Source: Solirubrobacteraceae bacterium (lineage in GTDB: Bacteria; Actinomycetota; Thermoleophilia; Solirubrobacterales; Solirubrobacteraceae). From it: DNA of 64,000 nucleotides. The stretch is from positions 18,065 to 82,064 of the forward strand of contig DATGLC010000019.1 of the NCBI GenBank assembly GCA_035294345.1, written 5' to 3'. The stretch's first letter is position 1; every line of letters begins with the position of its first letter. The position numbers and the translations under genes are program-made. The notes below the pieces were generated by a model. The model was not told the origin of the DNA, ran no database searches, and saw only the letters and a program-made list of their open reading frames with translations. Positions 1 through 9,694 of this stretch are shown here, in pieces.

Positions 1-2
1 TG

Positions 3-854
3 GCGCTGGCCGAGCTGCTCGACTACGGCGTGGACGTGCGCTGGGTCGGCGTGGAGCCGGGACTGCGCACGCCGCTTGCCTTCGCCGCGCTTGACCCGCC
101 GGAGGATCCGAGGCTTCACTTTCGCCGCGAGGAGCCGGTGCCCGACGTGCGGCTGCGCCCGGGGGAGGTGCCCGGGGAGCTTGCGCGGGATCTGCCGCTG
201 CTGTGGGTCGCGGGTGGCGCGCTCGCGGCCGATCCGTCGCGCCACACCGTGCTCGAGCTGCTGTCCGCCCGCGGTGCCCGTGATCACACGGTGCTCGACC
301 TCGACTGGCGTCCCAGCATGTGGGAGTCGGCCCAGCAGGCGCGCGGCTGGCTGCGCCGCGCGCTTGGGATGTGCACCGTGGCGGTCGGCAACCGCAGCGA
401 ATGCGCGATCGCCGTCGGCGACGCCGAGCCTCACGTGCAGGCGCAGCGCCTGCTAGAGCTCGGAGTGCGCTTGGCGGTCGTGAAGCTCGGCGCCGACGGC
501 GCGCTGTGGGCGCAAGCCGTCGAAGGCGCAGGGCGGCGGTCGCCCGCCGGGGGCGCCGGGCGTACACGGCGGTCGCCGATGGCAGACGGGGAGGGGGAGC
601 AGCGCTCGCCCGGCGCCAGCGAGAGCGGGATGGAGCCGGCGCCCTCGGTGCAGGTGGTCTGCGGCCTCGGAGCCGGCGACGGCTTCGGCGGAGCGCTCTG
701 CCACGCGCTGCTCGCCGGCTGGCCCACCGCCCGCGCGGTTCGCTTCGCGGCCGCGGCGGGCGCGATCGTCGCCTCGCGGCTCGTCTGCTCGGCCGCGATG
801 CCAACGCACGAGGAGGTACTCGATCTGATGGAGACCGCCGGTGTCGCCCGCTGA
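3..854 (+). CDS. iolC: 5-dehydro-2-deoxygluconokinase (PfkB family), 5' end outside window
   Basis: LDLDWRPxxW, VGNxxE, VVKLG and GLGAGDGFGG PfkB/IolC motifs; clustered with iolG and iolD; frame open from the window start. Confidence 0.85.
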   Translation, partial: ALAELLDYGVDVRWVGVEPGLRTPLAFAALDPPEDPRLHFRREEPVPDVRLRPGEVPGELARDLPLLWVAGGALAADPSRHTVLELLSARGARDHTVLDLDWRPSMWESAQQARGWLRRALGMCTVAVGNRSECAIAVGDAEPHVQAQRLLELGVRLAVVKLGADGALWAQAVEGAGRRSPAGGAGRTRRSPMADGEGEQRSPGASESGMEPAPSVQVVCGLGAGDGFGGALCHALLAGWPTARAVRFAAAAGAIVASRLVCSAAMPTHEEVLDLMETAGVAR

Positions 855-2112
855 GCTGCGCCCTCAGGATGAGACGGCCACCGCGCAGCATGAGACGGCC
901 ACCGCGCAGCACGAGACGGCCACCGCGGCGGGCGCGGCCCTGATGGGCAGCTCGTCGCGCCGCCGCCTGGGAGCCGGGGTGATCGGGTTTGGCTGGATGG
1001 GGCAGGCCCACGCCCGCTCGCTGCTGCGCATCCCCACGCTGTTCGGCGAGCGCGCCTATGACCCGGTGCTGATCGCCTGCGCTGACACGACCCCGGAGCG
1101 GCTTCGGCTGGCGCGCGACTCGTTCGGCTTTGCCCGCGTCGATGACGCCTGGCAGTCGGTGATCTCAGACCCGGAGGTTGAGGTCGTGTTCATCTCCGCG
1201 CCCAACATGCTCCACGTCGAGCTGGCGCGCGCGGCCGCCGAGGCCGGCAAGCCCGTCTTCTGCGAGAAGCCGGTCGGCGGGACGCCCGAGCAGGTGCGCG
1301 AGGCGGCGGCCGCGGTCGCCGGCGCCGGTGTGATGAGCGGCGTTGGCTACTGCTATCGCTGGGCCCCTCTCGTCCAGTACGCGCGCGAGCTGATCGCCTC
1401 GGGCCAGCTCGGCGAGATAACCAACTACCGCGGCCGCTTCTTCTCGATGTACGGGGCCGACCCGTTCGGTCTGAACTCCTGGCGCTTTCAGCTGGACGAG
1501 GCCGGGTACGGCGTCACGAGCGACCTGCTCAGCCACGCCGTGGACCTGGCGCTGGCCCTGATCGGCCCGATCGACTCCGTCTGCGGGGTCGCGGAGACGT
1601 TCATCCGCCAGCGTCCCCTGCCGGTGGGCGCGGCCAGCCACTACGGTCGCGGCCGTCCCGAGGACCCGCACGGACCCGTCACCAACGAGGACTACGCCGC
1701 GCTGCTGTGCCGCTTTGCGTGCGGCGCGCACGGGACCTTCGAAGTCAGCCGCACGATGGTCGGGCCGGAGAGCGAGATGGCGTTCGACGTCTATGGCACT
1801 CGGGGCGCGCTGTCCTGGAACCTGGAGCGGATGAACGAGCTTCGCCTGTACCGCGCCACCGACGAGGCGGGCCGCGGGTTCACGCGCGTGCTCGGCGGCG
1901 AGCGGTTCCCCCACCACGGCGCCTTCGCGCCCGGCAGCGGGATCGGGATCGGCTTTGAGGACCTGGTGGCGATCGAGGATCACGAGTTCCTCAGCGCGCT
2001 GTGCACCGGCCGCCCGTTCGAGCCCAGCTTCGAGGCGGCACGGCAGTTCGTGGAGGTTCAGGACGCGCTGCTGCGCTCGATCGAAAGCGGCCGCTGGGAG
2101 GAGGTCGCCTGA
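841..2112 (+). CDS. Gfo/Idh/MocA family oxidoreductase
   Basis: GVIGFGWMG Rossmann motif, CEKP, DLLSH; GTG start overlaps the iolC end (alternative ATG near 943). Confidence 0.9.
   Translation: MSPAELRPQDETATAQHETATAQHETATAAGAALMGSSSRRRLGAGVIGFGWMGQAHARSLLRIPTLFGERAYDPVLIACADTTPERLRLARDSFGFARVDDAWQSVISDPEVEVVFISAPNMLHVELARAAAEAGKPVFCEKPVGGTPEQVREAAAAVAGAGVMSGVGYCYRWAPLVQYARELIASGQLGEITNYRGRFFSMYGADPFGLNSWRFQLDEAGYGVTSDLLSHAVDLALALIGPIDSVCGVAETFIRQRPLPVGAASHYGRGRPEDPHGPVTNEDYAALLCRFACGAHGTFEVSRTMVGPESEMAFDVYGTRGALSWNLERMNELRLYRATDEAGRGFTRVLGGERFPHHGAFAPGSGIGIGFEDLVAIEDHEFLSALCTGRPFEPSFEAARQFVEVQDALLRSIESGRWEEVA
869..927 (+). repeat. 21-bp tandem repeat (ATGAGACGGCCACCGCGCAGC, about 3 copies) encoding ETATAQH
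   Basis: Units start at 869, 890 and 911. Confidence 0.9.
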
Positions 2113-2114
2113 GC

Positions 2115-3221
2115 ATGGACGATCCGCGCGGCTCTCCGGCCACGGTGCTCTCGGACGGTCCCGGACAGCGGGGCCCGCGACGGGCGGCGCGCCCGCGCAA
2201 GGTGCGCGTCGGCGTGGCCGGGCTGGGGCGGATCGGCGAGATGCACTGTGAGCTTCTCAGCGGCGCGGTTGCGGGAGCCCGCCTTCAGGCCGTGTTCGAC
2301 CTCGAGCCCGGACGGGCGGGCAGCCTCGCCGACCGCCACGGGGTGCGCGCGGCCCGCGGCTTCGACGAGCTGCTGGGCGACGACATCGACGCCGTGGCGA
2401 TCTGCACGCCAACCGATGCGCACGCCGAGCAGGTGAGCCGCGCGGCGGGCGCCGGCGTGGCGATCTTCTGCGAGAAGCCGCTGGCGCTCGACCGAGCGAG
2501 CCTGGAGCGCGCCGCGGCCGACGTGGAGGCCGCCGGGGTCACCTTTCAGATCGGCTTCAACCGCCGCTTTGACCCCGCGCACGCGTCGGTGCGGGACGCT
2601 GTGGCCTCGGGGCGGATCGGCGAGCTGCACCTGCTGCGGATCACCAGTCGCGATCCGGCTCCGCCGTCGCTTGAGTACGTGCGCAAGTCGGGCGGCCTGT
2701 TCCTGGACATGACGATCCACGACTTCGACATGGCGCGCTTCATCACCGGCAGCGAGGTCGTGGAGGTGTATGCGCGCGCCGGGGTCCGCGTCGACCCACG
2801 GCTGTCGGCGGAGGGAGACGTCGACACGGCCGCGATGCTGCTCGAGCACGCCGATGGCTGCCTGACGACGATCGACAACTCCCGCCGCGCGGTCTACGGA
2901 TACGACCAGCGGGTGGAGGCGTTCGGCTCCCGCGGGGCCGCCGCCTCGGAGAACCCGCCCGCCCACCACGCCGTCCTGGTGGACGCCGCCGGCCGCCACC
3001 TTCCAGCCGGAGAGTCGCTGTTCGTCCGCCGCTACCGGGAGAGCTACCGCCTGCAGTGGGAGGCGTTCGCCGCGGCGGTGGCGGATGGGCGCCAGCCCGC
3101 TGCGTCGGTGGCGGACGCGCGCGCGCCGCTGCTGATCGGACTGGCGGCCGCGCGCTCGCTGGATGAGCACCGGCCCGTGAAGATCCAGGAGATCGAGCGC
3201 GAGGGGAGGGGCACGCGATGA
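2115..3221 (+). CDS. iolG: inositol 2-dehydrogenase
   Basis: GLGRIG, CEKP, GFNRRFD, ITSRDP, GGLFLDMTIHDFD and YGYDQRVE motifs of IolG. Confidence 0.9.
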   Translation: MDDPRGSPATVLSDGPGQRGPRRAARPRKVRVGVAGLGRIGEMHCELLSGAVAGARLQAVFDLEPGRAGSLADRHGVRAARGFDELLGDDIDAVAICTPTDAHAEQVSRAAGAGVAIFCEKPLALDRASLERAAADVEAAGVTFQIGFNRRFDPAHASVRDAVASGRIGELHLLRITSRDPAPPSLEYVRKSGGLFLDMTIHDFDMARFITGSEVVEVYARAGVRVDPRLSAEGDVDTAAMLLEHADGCLTTIDNSRRAVYGYDQRVEAFGSRGAAASENPPAHHAVLVDAAGRHLPAGESLFVRRYRESYRLQWEAFAAAVADGRQPAASVADARAPLLIGLAAARSLDEHRPVKIQEIEREGRGTR

Positions 3222-4180
3222 GGGTGATGCTCACCGGGGCCAGCGGGTTCGTCGGCTCCAACCTCGCCCACGTGCTTGCGGGGCACGGCGTGCGGCTGCT
3301 CGCTCCCTCGCACGCGGAGCTTGACCTCTGCGAACGCGAGGCGGTGCTGGGGTACGCGGAGGAGGCCTCTCCTGAGGGCATCGTGCACTCGGCGATCTGG
3401 AACGACCCCGGCGGGCTGCTCGGCGACCGGCGGCGGGCGTGGCGAAGCTACGTGCACGCAACCAGAAATCTGATTGATGCCGCCAATCGCGCGGATGCGC
3501 AGATCGTGCTGATCTCCACCGACTGGGTGTTCGATGGAGAGCAGGCGCCCGCCCTAGAGGACGACCCGCCGAACCCGATCAACACCTACGGCCTTCTCAA
3601 GTGCGCCTGCGAGCTGCTGGTCTTGAACCTCGCGCGACGGGGCACGGTTGCGCGCGTGGCGGGCGTGCAGGGGATCCACCGTGCCAGGCCCCAGACGCCG
3701 CGCAGCCAGGACACCGGCTTTGGCTACCTGGCGCTGTCGGTGGTCCAGGCGCTGAGCCGCGGGGACCGCTTCACGGTTTGGACCGGCCCGGGGGTCAATG
3801 AGCGGGCCACGCCGGTTCTGGCGACCCATGCCGCCGAGATGGTCTACCGCGCGCTAACGCGCGAGCGGACCGGCGTCCTGCACTGCGTCGGTGGCGAGCA
3901 CGCCGACCGCCTGGGCCTGGCGCGCGCCGCCGCCCTGGCATTTGGACTTGACCCCGGGCTGATCGACACCGGCCCGGTGCCGGTCGGGCAGAGCCCCGAC
4001 GGCCGCGTTCCGCGCGACACGCGCCTGCAGGCCCTCAGCACCGCGTCGGCGCTCGATATGGAGCTGCCGGGACTGGCGGATCTCCTGGCTGGCCTGCGCG
4101 AGCAATGGCGCGAGCCGACGCCATCGCCAGGGCGGGTCCCTGACCCGACGGTGACGACACGGGAGGATGAGCATGCCTAG
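3218..4180 (+). CDS. RmlD-like sugar-nucleotide NAD(P)-dependent reductase (extended SDR)
   Basis: TGASGFVG, ISTDWVFDG, PNPINTYGLLK (YxxxK); ATGA overlap with iolG. Confidence 0.8.
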   Translation: MRVMLTGASGFVGSNLAHVLAGHGVRLLAPSHAELDLCEREAVLGYAEEASPEGIVHSAIWNDPGGLLGDRRRAWRSYVHATRNLIDAANRADAQIVLISTDWVFDGEQAPALEDDPPNPINTYGLLKCACELLVLNLARRGTVARVAGVQGIHRARPQTPRSQDTGFGYLALSVVQALSRGDRFTVWTGPGVNERATPVLATHAAEMVYRALTRERTGVLHCVGGEHADRLGLARAAALAFGLDPGLIDTGPVPVGQSPDGRVPRDTRLQALSTASALDMELPGLADLLAGLREQWREPTPSPGRVPDPTVTTREDEHA

Positions 4181-6083
4181 GCTGACGACCGCTCAGGCGC
4201 TTGTGCGCTTCCTCGCCGCACAGCACGTCGAGCGCGACGGACGCCGGGAGCGCTTCTTCGCCGGCTGCCTCGGGATCCTCGGTCACGGCAACATCGCCGG
4301 CCTGGGCGAGGCGCTGCGCGCGCACGCCGATCTGCTGCCGTTTCGCCCGGCGCGCAACGAGCAGGGCATGGTCCACGTCGCGGTCGGCTACGCGCGCCAG
4401 CGAAACCGCATGGCGACGTTCGCGTGCACGAGCTCGGTCGGTCCAGGCGCGACCAACATGGTCACCGGCGCCGCGCTTGCGACCATCAACCGCCTGCCGG
4501 TGCTGCTGCTCCCCGGCGACGTGTTCGCCACGCGCCGGCCGCACCCGGTGCTCCAGGGCCTTGAGCTGCCGCATGATGGTGGCGCCTCGGTCAACGACTG
4601 CCTTCGCCCGGTCTCCCGGTACTTCGCCCGCATCGAGCGCCCCGAGCAGCTGCCAAGCGCCGCGCTCGAGGCGATGCGCGTGCTGTGCGATCCGGCTCAG
4701 ACCGGCGCGGTTACGCTCGCCCTGCCGGAGGACGTCCAGGCGGAGGCGTTCGAGGTGCCAGCGGGCTTTCTCGACCAGCGGACCTGGCCGGTCGAGCGCC
4801 GTCCCGCCGCCCCTGCCGCGCTCGAGCGCGCCGCCGAGGCGATCCGCGGCGCGCGGCGTCCGCTGCTCGTGGCGGGCGGCGGGGTCATCTACAGCGAGGC
4901 GACGGGCGCCCTGCGCCGCTTCGCCGATGAGACGGGCATCCCCGTCGCCGAGACCCATGCGGGGCGGGGCGCGCTCACCTCCGAGCATCCCCTCAGCCTC
5001 GGCGCCCTCGGCGCGACCGGAGGGCTTGCCGCCAACCGCCTGGCCGCGCGCGCCGACCTGATCATCGGCGTCGGGACCCGCTGGGGGGACTTCACGACCG
5101 CGTCGCGCTCGGCGTTCCTGGACCCGGGGGCGCGCTTCATCAACATCAACGTGGCCGAGCACGACGCCGCCAAGCTCTCAGCGATGATGGTGACCGCCGA
5201 TGCCAGGGTTGCGCTCGAGGCCCTCCGCGAGCGCCTTGAGGGCTACCGGGCGCCAGCGGACTGGGAGCATGGCGCGGTCGAGGCCGCTGCCGCCTGGCGA
5301 GACGAGGTCGACCGCCAGATCGAGCAGGGCGAGCGCGGCGACCCACCCGCGCAGGCCGCGGTCATCGGCGCGGTGAACGACGCATGCGGCGAGCGCGGCG
5401 TGGTGGTGTGCGCGGCAGGCTCGGCGCCCGGCGAGCTTCACCGGCTGTGGAAGGCGCGGGATCCGCAGGGCAAGGGCTACCACGTCGAGTACGGCTACTC
5501 GTGCATGGGCTACGAGATCCCGGGGGCGATCGGGGCGAAGCTCGCGGCGCCCGACCGGCCGGTGATCGCGCTGGTGGGCGACGGCTCGTACCTGATGCTG
5601 CCCGGCGAGCTTGCGACCGCCGTGGCGGAGCGGGTGCCGATCGTGGTCGTGATCGTCGATAACGGGGGATACGCCTCGATCGGCGCGCTCTCCAGGCAGC
5701 TGGGGGAGCGCGGGTGGGGCACGCTCCACCACCGCGACCACGGGCGCCTGCCCGAGGACGAGCCGGGCGCCGACGGCGGGCTTCGACCGGGTGGCGAGCC
5801 GCTGCCCCTGGACCTCGCGGAAAACGCGCGGAGCCTCGGTGCGCGCGTCGTGAGCGTGCGAACGATCGCCGAGCTGCGCGCGGCGCTGGCCGACGCGCTT
5901 GCGGCTGGCGAGCCCTCCGCGGTCTACATTCGCGCGGACCGCTACCGATCGCTGCCCAGCTACGAGTCCTGGTGGGAGGTGCCGGTAGCCGAGGTCTCAG
6001 AGCAGGCGGAGGTGCGCATGGCGCGCGAGCGCTACGAGGCCGAGCGCGCGCGCCAGCGCGCCTACCTGACGCCCTCCGCTTGA
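4167..6083 (+). CDS. iolD: 3D-(3,5/4)-trihydroxycyclohexane-1,2-dione hydrolase (ThDP-dependent)
   Basis: RLTTAQALVRFL, GHGNIAG, RNEQGMVH, YHVEYGYSCMGYEI and GDGSYLM motifs. Confidence 0.95.
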   Translation: MSMPRLTTAQALVRFLAAQHVERDGRRERFFAGCLGILGHGNIAGLGEALRAHADLLPFRPARNEQGMVHVAVGYARQRNRMATFACTSSVGPGATNMVTGAALATINRLPVLLLPGDVFATRRPHPVLQGLELPHDGGASVNDCLRPVSRYFARIERPEQLPSAALEAMRVLCDPAQTGAVTLALPEDVQAEAFEVPAGFLDQRTWPVERRPAAPAALERAAEAIRGARRPLLVAGGGVIYSEATGALRRFADETGIPVAETHAGRGALTSEHPLSLGALGATGGLAANRLAARADLIIGVGTRWGDFTTASRSAFLDPGARFININVAEHDAAKLSAMMVTADARVALEALRERLEGYRAPADWEHGAVEAAAAWRDEVDRQIEQGERGDPPAQAAVIGAVNDACGERGVVVCAAGSAPGELHRLWKARDPQGKGYHVEYGYSCMGYEIPGAIGAKLAAPDRPVIALVGDGSYLMLPGELATAVAERVPIVVVIVDNGGYASIGALSRQLGERGWGTLHHRDHGRLPEDEPGADGGLRPGGEPLPLDLAENARSLGARVVSVRTIAELRAALADALAAGEPSAVYIRADRYRSLPSYESWWEVPVAEVSEQAEVRMARERYEAERARQRAYLTPSA

Positions 6084-6135
6084 GCCGGCGCCCCCGCGTC
6101 GTCTGCCGATCCGGCAACCTTCGCCGACGCCGCGG

Positions 6136-7251
6136 TCACAGCCGCGAGCGAGCCAGCTCCGCGCCGTTGACCATCGCGCGCAGCTTGGCCTTCGCAGCGC
6201 TGCGCGCGTAGGCGAACAGGCCGCAGTCGGAGGTCAGGTGGATGCGCTCGGGCTCCACGTGGCGCAGCGCTCGGCTGATGCCGTCGGCGACCTCGCTGGG
6301 AGTCTCGATCAGGTAGTTCTTGTTGGAGATCACGCCAAGCCCGAGGTCCTTGTCGAACCCGTCGGTGGCGAACAGCGCAAGCTGGGAGTCCGGATAGCCG
6401 GTCTGCGCAAACGACCAGTCGAAGGAGTCGACCTGCAGGTCCCTGACGTAGGGGAACATCGCCTCGTAGGGGGCCATTCCCACGGGCGCCGGCGTGCCGC
6501 CGTGGCAGCAGTGCCAGATCTTGTAGGCGTCGATGCCGTCAAACACGCGGTTTAGGATCTCCACGTCGAACTCCCACTCCTCCTGGGGCGCCAGGAAGAT
6601 CAGGTCGTCGAGCTCGACGATCTGGGCTCCGGCCGCGACCGCATCGGCCATCTCGGCGTGATAGATCTCAGCCAGATCGCGCAGCAGCGCCTTGCGGTCA
6701 CGGTAGTGCTCGTCGACCATCACCGTCGAGAGCTCCACGGGGCCCATCGCGAACATCGCCTTGACAGGCTTTGAGGTGCAGTTCTGCGCCAGCCGCCAGT
6801 TGTGGGCGTGGTGCAGACGGCCCCTGCCGAGCTTGCCGGTGATCACCATCTCGGTGCTGTTGACGGCCTCGAAGACCTCCAACATCCCACTCAACTGCTC
6901 CGTGCTCTGATCGCCGGCTGACAGCTGGGTGGCGCCAAGCACCTCGAGCATCCGCCCCTCCGACTGGCGGATCTCGGTGCCGTCGAGGCGCTCGGCGTTG
7001 TAAAGCGCGAACGAGCCGATGAACCCCTGGTGCTTGTCGTACCACAGGTGGCCGTCGGCCATCACGTCCAGGCCGACGTCCTCCTGGTCGCCGATGATCG
7101 CGCGGATCCCGTCCCGGTAGGCCTCCGCGAACTCCTCGTCTCGCATCGCCTCGAGGATGTCGCGACCGCCGAGGTTGTACGAGTACCAGCTGGGACGCGG
7201 ATAGGAGCCCACGAACGATGCGGGGAACAGCCGTCCGGCGATGTCGCTCAT
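6136..7251 (-). CDS. MetE C-terminal-like (cobalamin-independent methionine synthase II / epoxyalkane:CoM transferase-like) zinc enzyme
   Basis: VGSYPRP, QEDVGLDVMADG, HCC zinc motif, GLGVI, ETPSEVA, TSDCGL; single-barrel size; start at ATG 7251 or a GTG 15 nt upstream. Confidence 0.8.
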   Translation of the reverse strand: MSDIAGRLFPASFVGSYPRPSWYSYNLGGRDILEAMRDEEFAEAYRDGIRAIIGDQEDVGLDVMADGHLWYDKHQGFIGSFALYNAERLDGTEIRQSEGRMLEVLGATQLSAGDQSTEQLSGMLEVFEAVNSTEMVITGKLGRGRLHHAHNWRLAQNCTSKPVKAMFAMGPVELSTVMVDEHYRDRKALLRDLAEIYHAEMADAVAAGAQIVELDDLIFLAPQEEWEFDVEILNRVFDGIDAYKIWHCCHGGTPAPVGMAPYEAMFPYVRDLQVDSFDWSFAQTGYPDSQLALFATDGFDKDLGLGVISNKNYLIETPSEVADGISRALRHVEPERIHLTSDCGLFAYARSAAKAKLRAMVNGAELARSRL

Positions 7252-7513
7252 GTGGCGCTCTGGCACGTGACCCTCCGTTCTTCGTTTGACAGCAGCAGAC
7301 GAGTCCGGCGCCCGATTCATTCCATGCCCGCAAGCCCGGGATGTTAGGCGCCGCCTGCCTGTGCGGCCGACGGCGCGCCGCGGAGCGTGTGCGCGCCGGC
7401 GCCCGTTGGCCGTGGGAGATCGCCGGCGTCTTTGGCTGTGCGAACCGCAATCGCAGGACCCATGGTCCTGGGATGATCGACCACCGACGACGCTGCGCCT
7501 GCTAAGCCACGGT

Positions 7514-7617
7514 GGCCGATCCGACGAGGCGCGGAGGCTTCTGGTCGCGGCTGCCGCCCCGCGTGAACCACCGTTCAGGGGTCGGCCGATCCGACGAGGC
7601 GCGGAGGCTTCTGGTCG
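7514..7617. repeat. Two identical 34-bp direct repeats separated by 36 bp
   Basis: GGCCGATCCGACGAGGCGCGGAGGCTTCTGGTCG at 7514-7547 and 7584-7617. Confidence 0.95.
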
Positions 7618-7713
7618 AGGGCATCCCGTTGGCAGCGTGCAGCGATCGGCTGCGCGCAGGGACGAAAGTCAGAGCAGCCGCATCTGCCGCGCCTGCCCGC
7701 GGATGCGGACGGC

Positions 7714-7740
7714 GCCAAGCTCGGCGGGTTCGAGCTTGGC
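7714..7740. terminator. Perfect 10-bp hairpin, possible terminator
   Basis: GCCAAGCTCG-7 nt-CGAGCTTGGC; no clear U-tract. Confidence 0.4.
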
Positions 7741-7766
7741 CATCTCGGGGTGGGACCGCCGGGCGT

Positions 7767-8000
7767 CCAGGAGGGCTTCGGCAGGTTGGTCATGGCGGCA
7801 GCGTGCGCCGGCAGACCGGGCAATGGTCCTGCCAGCAGGCCAGCGCGGTCTGCACGTCGCGTTGGGCTTGCTGGAGGCTGATCACGCTGCCGCCAGCTGA
7901 GGGCAGGTCGTGGCGGGGTTCCCGCAGGTCGACCGGGAGCAGGTCGCAAGCGCGTGTGCGAGGTCGGGTGAGGAGCTCGGCCCATGGCCACGGACGGCCG
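7767..8000 (-). mobile_element. IS701-family remnant (3' end)
   Basis: SLQQAQRDVQTALACWQDHCPVCRRTLP resembles the terminal peptide of actinobacterial IS701 elements; followed on the minus strand by ACCTGCCGAAGCCCTCCTGG, resembling a degenerate IS701 right end. Confidence 0.55.
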
Positions 8001-8180
8001 CTCCCGACCGTGCGCGACGAGTCACCCGACGCGCTCGCTCGGCGACCACACACGACACGGGCGCCAACCGCTGGGAAGGCCACGCCAAAGGTCAGGTAGG
8101 AGAACGTCTCTCAAGACGGCGGTCGTCCCCCTACGGGCGCCGTCCGTGGGGGAAAGCAGTCATAGCGGCCTGACCTGGTC

Positions 8181-8210
8181 TGGACGCAACGGGACGTGCT
8201 CGTATAGAGT
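8181..8210 (+). promoter_or_regulatory. Putative housekeeping promoter for a leaderless 8217 gene
   Basis: TGGACG-18 nt-TAGAGT, with GTG start 6 nt further on and no SD. Confidence 0.45.
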
Positions 8211-8216
8211 CGCTGA

Positions 8217-9485
8217 GTGTCCGACGCTCGCCAGACCTTGCTCGACGACGTGTACGTGTGCGCGAAGTGCGACGCGCGGACGTTCGGCTTTGAGCTGGCG
8301 GGCCCGGAGGCGGGGTATTACAAGTTCCCAGCGACGATCGGCGCAAGGGCCGCAGCCCCCGTGCTGTTCGTCGGCATCAACCCGCGCCGGTCGGCGTCGA
8401 ATGCGCGGCTCCATCAAGACGTCATGCGAAGCCCGGAAGCCTTCAAGACGCTCGCCGGCAACCGGATCCCCGATGCGCACGGACGCCCGACTTGCCCTTA
8501 CATCAAGCGCGGTGGAGTCGAGCGCCACTACGAGCTGCACATGGAGATCGTCGAATCCGCGTTCGGCATCGGCGCGCGCTTCGAGGATTACGCTGCCGTG
8601 ACCGAGTTGCTGTTGTGCGCCACGGTCTCGAGCCCACCAGTCGATCTCACGACGAGCCCATGCGCGAAAGAGTTCCTGGCGCGCACCGTCGACCAGGTGC
8701 GGCCGGAGGTGATCGTCGCGGTCGGTACCACGGTGGACAACTACTTCCGCTCTCGCACGACGCAGCGCGGCGGCTTGGTCTTGAGCGTTGCGATCGGCCG
8801 GCATAACGCGTGGCTCATCCCGGTGCCGCATCCCAATGCACGCGGCGTCAGCTCGCAGATGCGGCGGTTTGCGGCCAAGACGACCGGCCGCTGGATCAAG
8901 GAGATCCTGGATACCGGCGCACCGTCCGAGCGACCACCATTCTTAGGATCCATCGCTAACGGCTGGACGGCGCTGAGCGGACAGGCACAGAGCGCCAGCG
9001 CCTCAGTCCGCCGACCGCCGATCATCGCAGAGCCCGGTGCGAGCTACACCCCACCGGGTGCAGTGGATAGAGGCGCGCTCACAGGGCGATGGCGCGCGCT
9101 TCTGGCTCCGCTTCCAATCCCTCAGACTGGACGGACCCTTGCCGCACATCCGGACGCCACCGCGCTCACGCAGCGACTCGTCAAGAACCTCACGCTCGAA
9201 CGCCTGATCCTCCTTGCCAATGTCGAGCACAACAGGTGTCGACCGTCACAGCTCGCCGAGCTCTCCCCGTACGACCGGTCGCGCGATCCCGAGCTCGCAT
9301 GGAAGCTCCTGGAGCACGGGATGGCGACCATGCAGATGCGGCAGAACACGGCCTGGATGCGCACCATCGATCTGCTTCGCCCCGGCGCCGATGCCGGGCT
9401 GGCAATCGCGCGGAAGATGCCGATCGGCCCGCTGATCGGGCTCTGTGAGCGAATCATCTCCGGCCCCTACCGTGAGGCATGCTGA
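8217..9485 (+). CDS. Uracil-DNA-glycosylase superfamily protein with long C-terminal extension
   Basis: N-terminal CxxC, VLFVGINP (motif A), C-x14-C, RPEVIVAVG, IPVPHPNARG (motif B). Confidence 0.7.
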   Translation: MSDARQTLLDDVYVCAKCDARTFGFELAGPEAGYYKFPATIGARAAAPVLFVGINPRRSASNARLHQDVMRSPEAFKTLAGNRIPDAHGRPTCPYIKRGGVERHYELHMEIVESAFGIGARFEDYAAVTELLLCATVSSPPVDLTTSPCAKEFLARTVDQVRPEVIVAVGTTVDNYFRSRTTQRGGLVLSVAIGRHNAWLIPVPHPNARGVSSQMRRFAAKTTGRWIKEILDTGAPSERPPFLGSIANGWTALSGQAQSASASVRRPPIIAEPGASYTPPGAVDRGALTGRWRALLAPLPIPQTGRTLAAHPDATALTQRLVKNLTLERLILLANVEHNRCRPSQLAELSPYDRSRDPELAWKLLEHGMATMQMRQNTAWMRTIDLLRPGADAGLAIARKMPIGPLIGLCERIISGPYREAC

Positions 9486-9694
9486 CTCGGTCTGGGCCTG
9501 CCCGGTAGCACTGCTCGCGCGGTCAGAAAGTGTGCTCCGGTCGCCGATGCGATCGCCGCCTGCACAGCCGTCGGGTGAGCAAAGCGCTCGTCGGCGGTGG
9601 CGCTGTCGAGCGAGCGCTTGACGCCCATTCTGGTCACGAGACGGTCGTGGCTGCTTTCAGGCGCGACCGAATCCCCGGCGGAACGCTTTCGGCG

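Noticed and set aside
7255-7510. Cobalamin or SAM riboswitch upstream of the MetE-like gene
   Set aside because: No B12-box or SAM consensus recognised on the minus strand
7514-7617. CRISPR array
   Set aside because: Only two repeats, no cas genes, no AT-rich leader and no typical repeat ending; kept only as an unexplained repeat
8089-8176. Hammerhead ribozyme
   Set aside because: CUGANGA core absent on both strands
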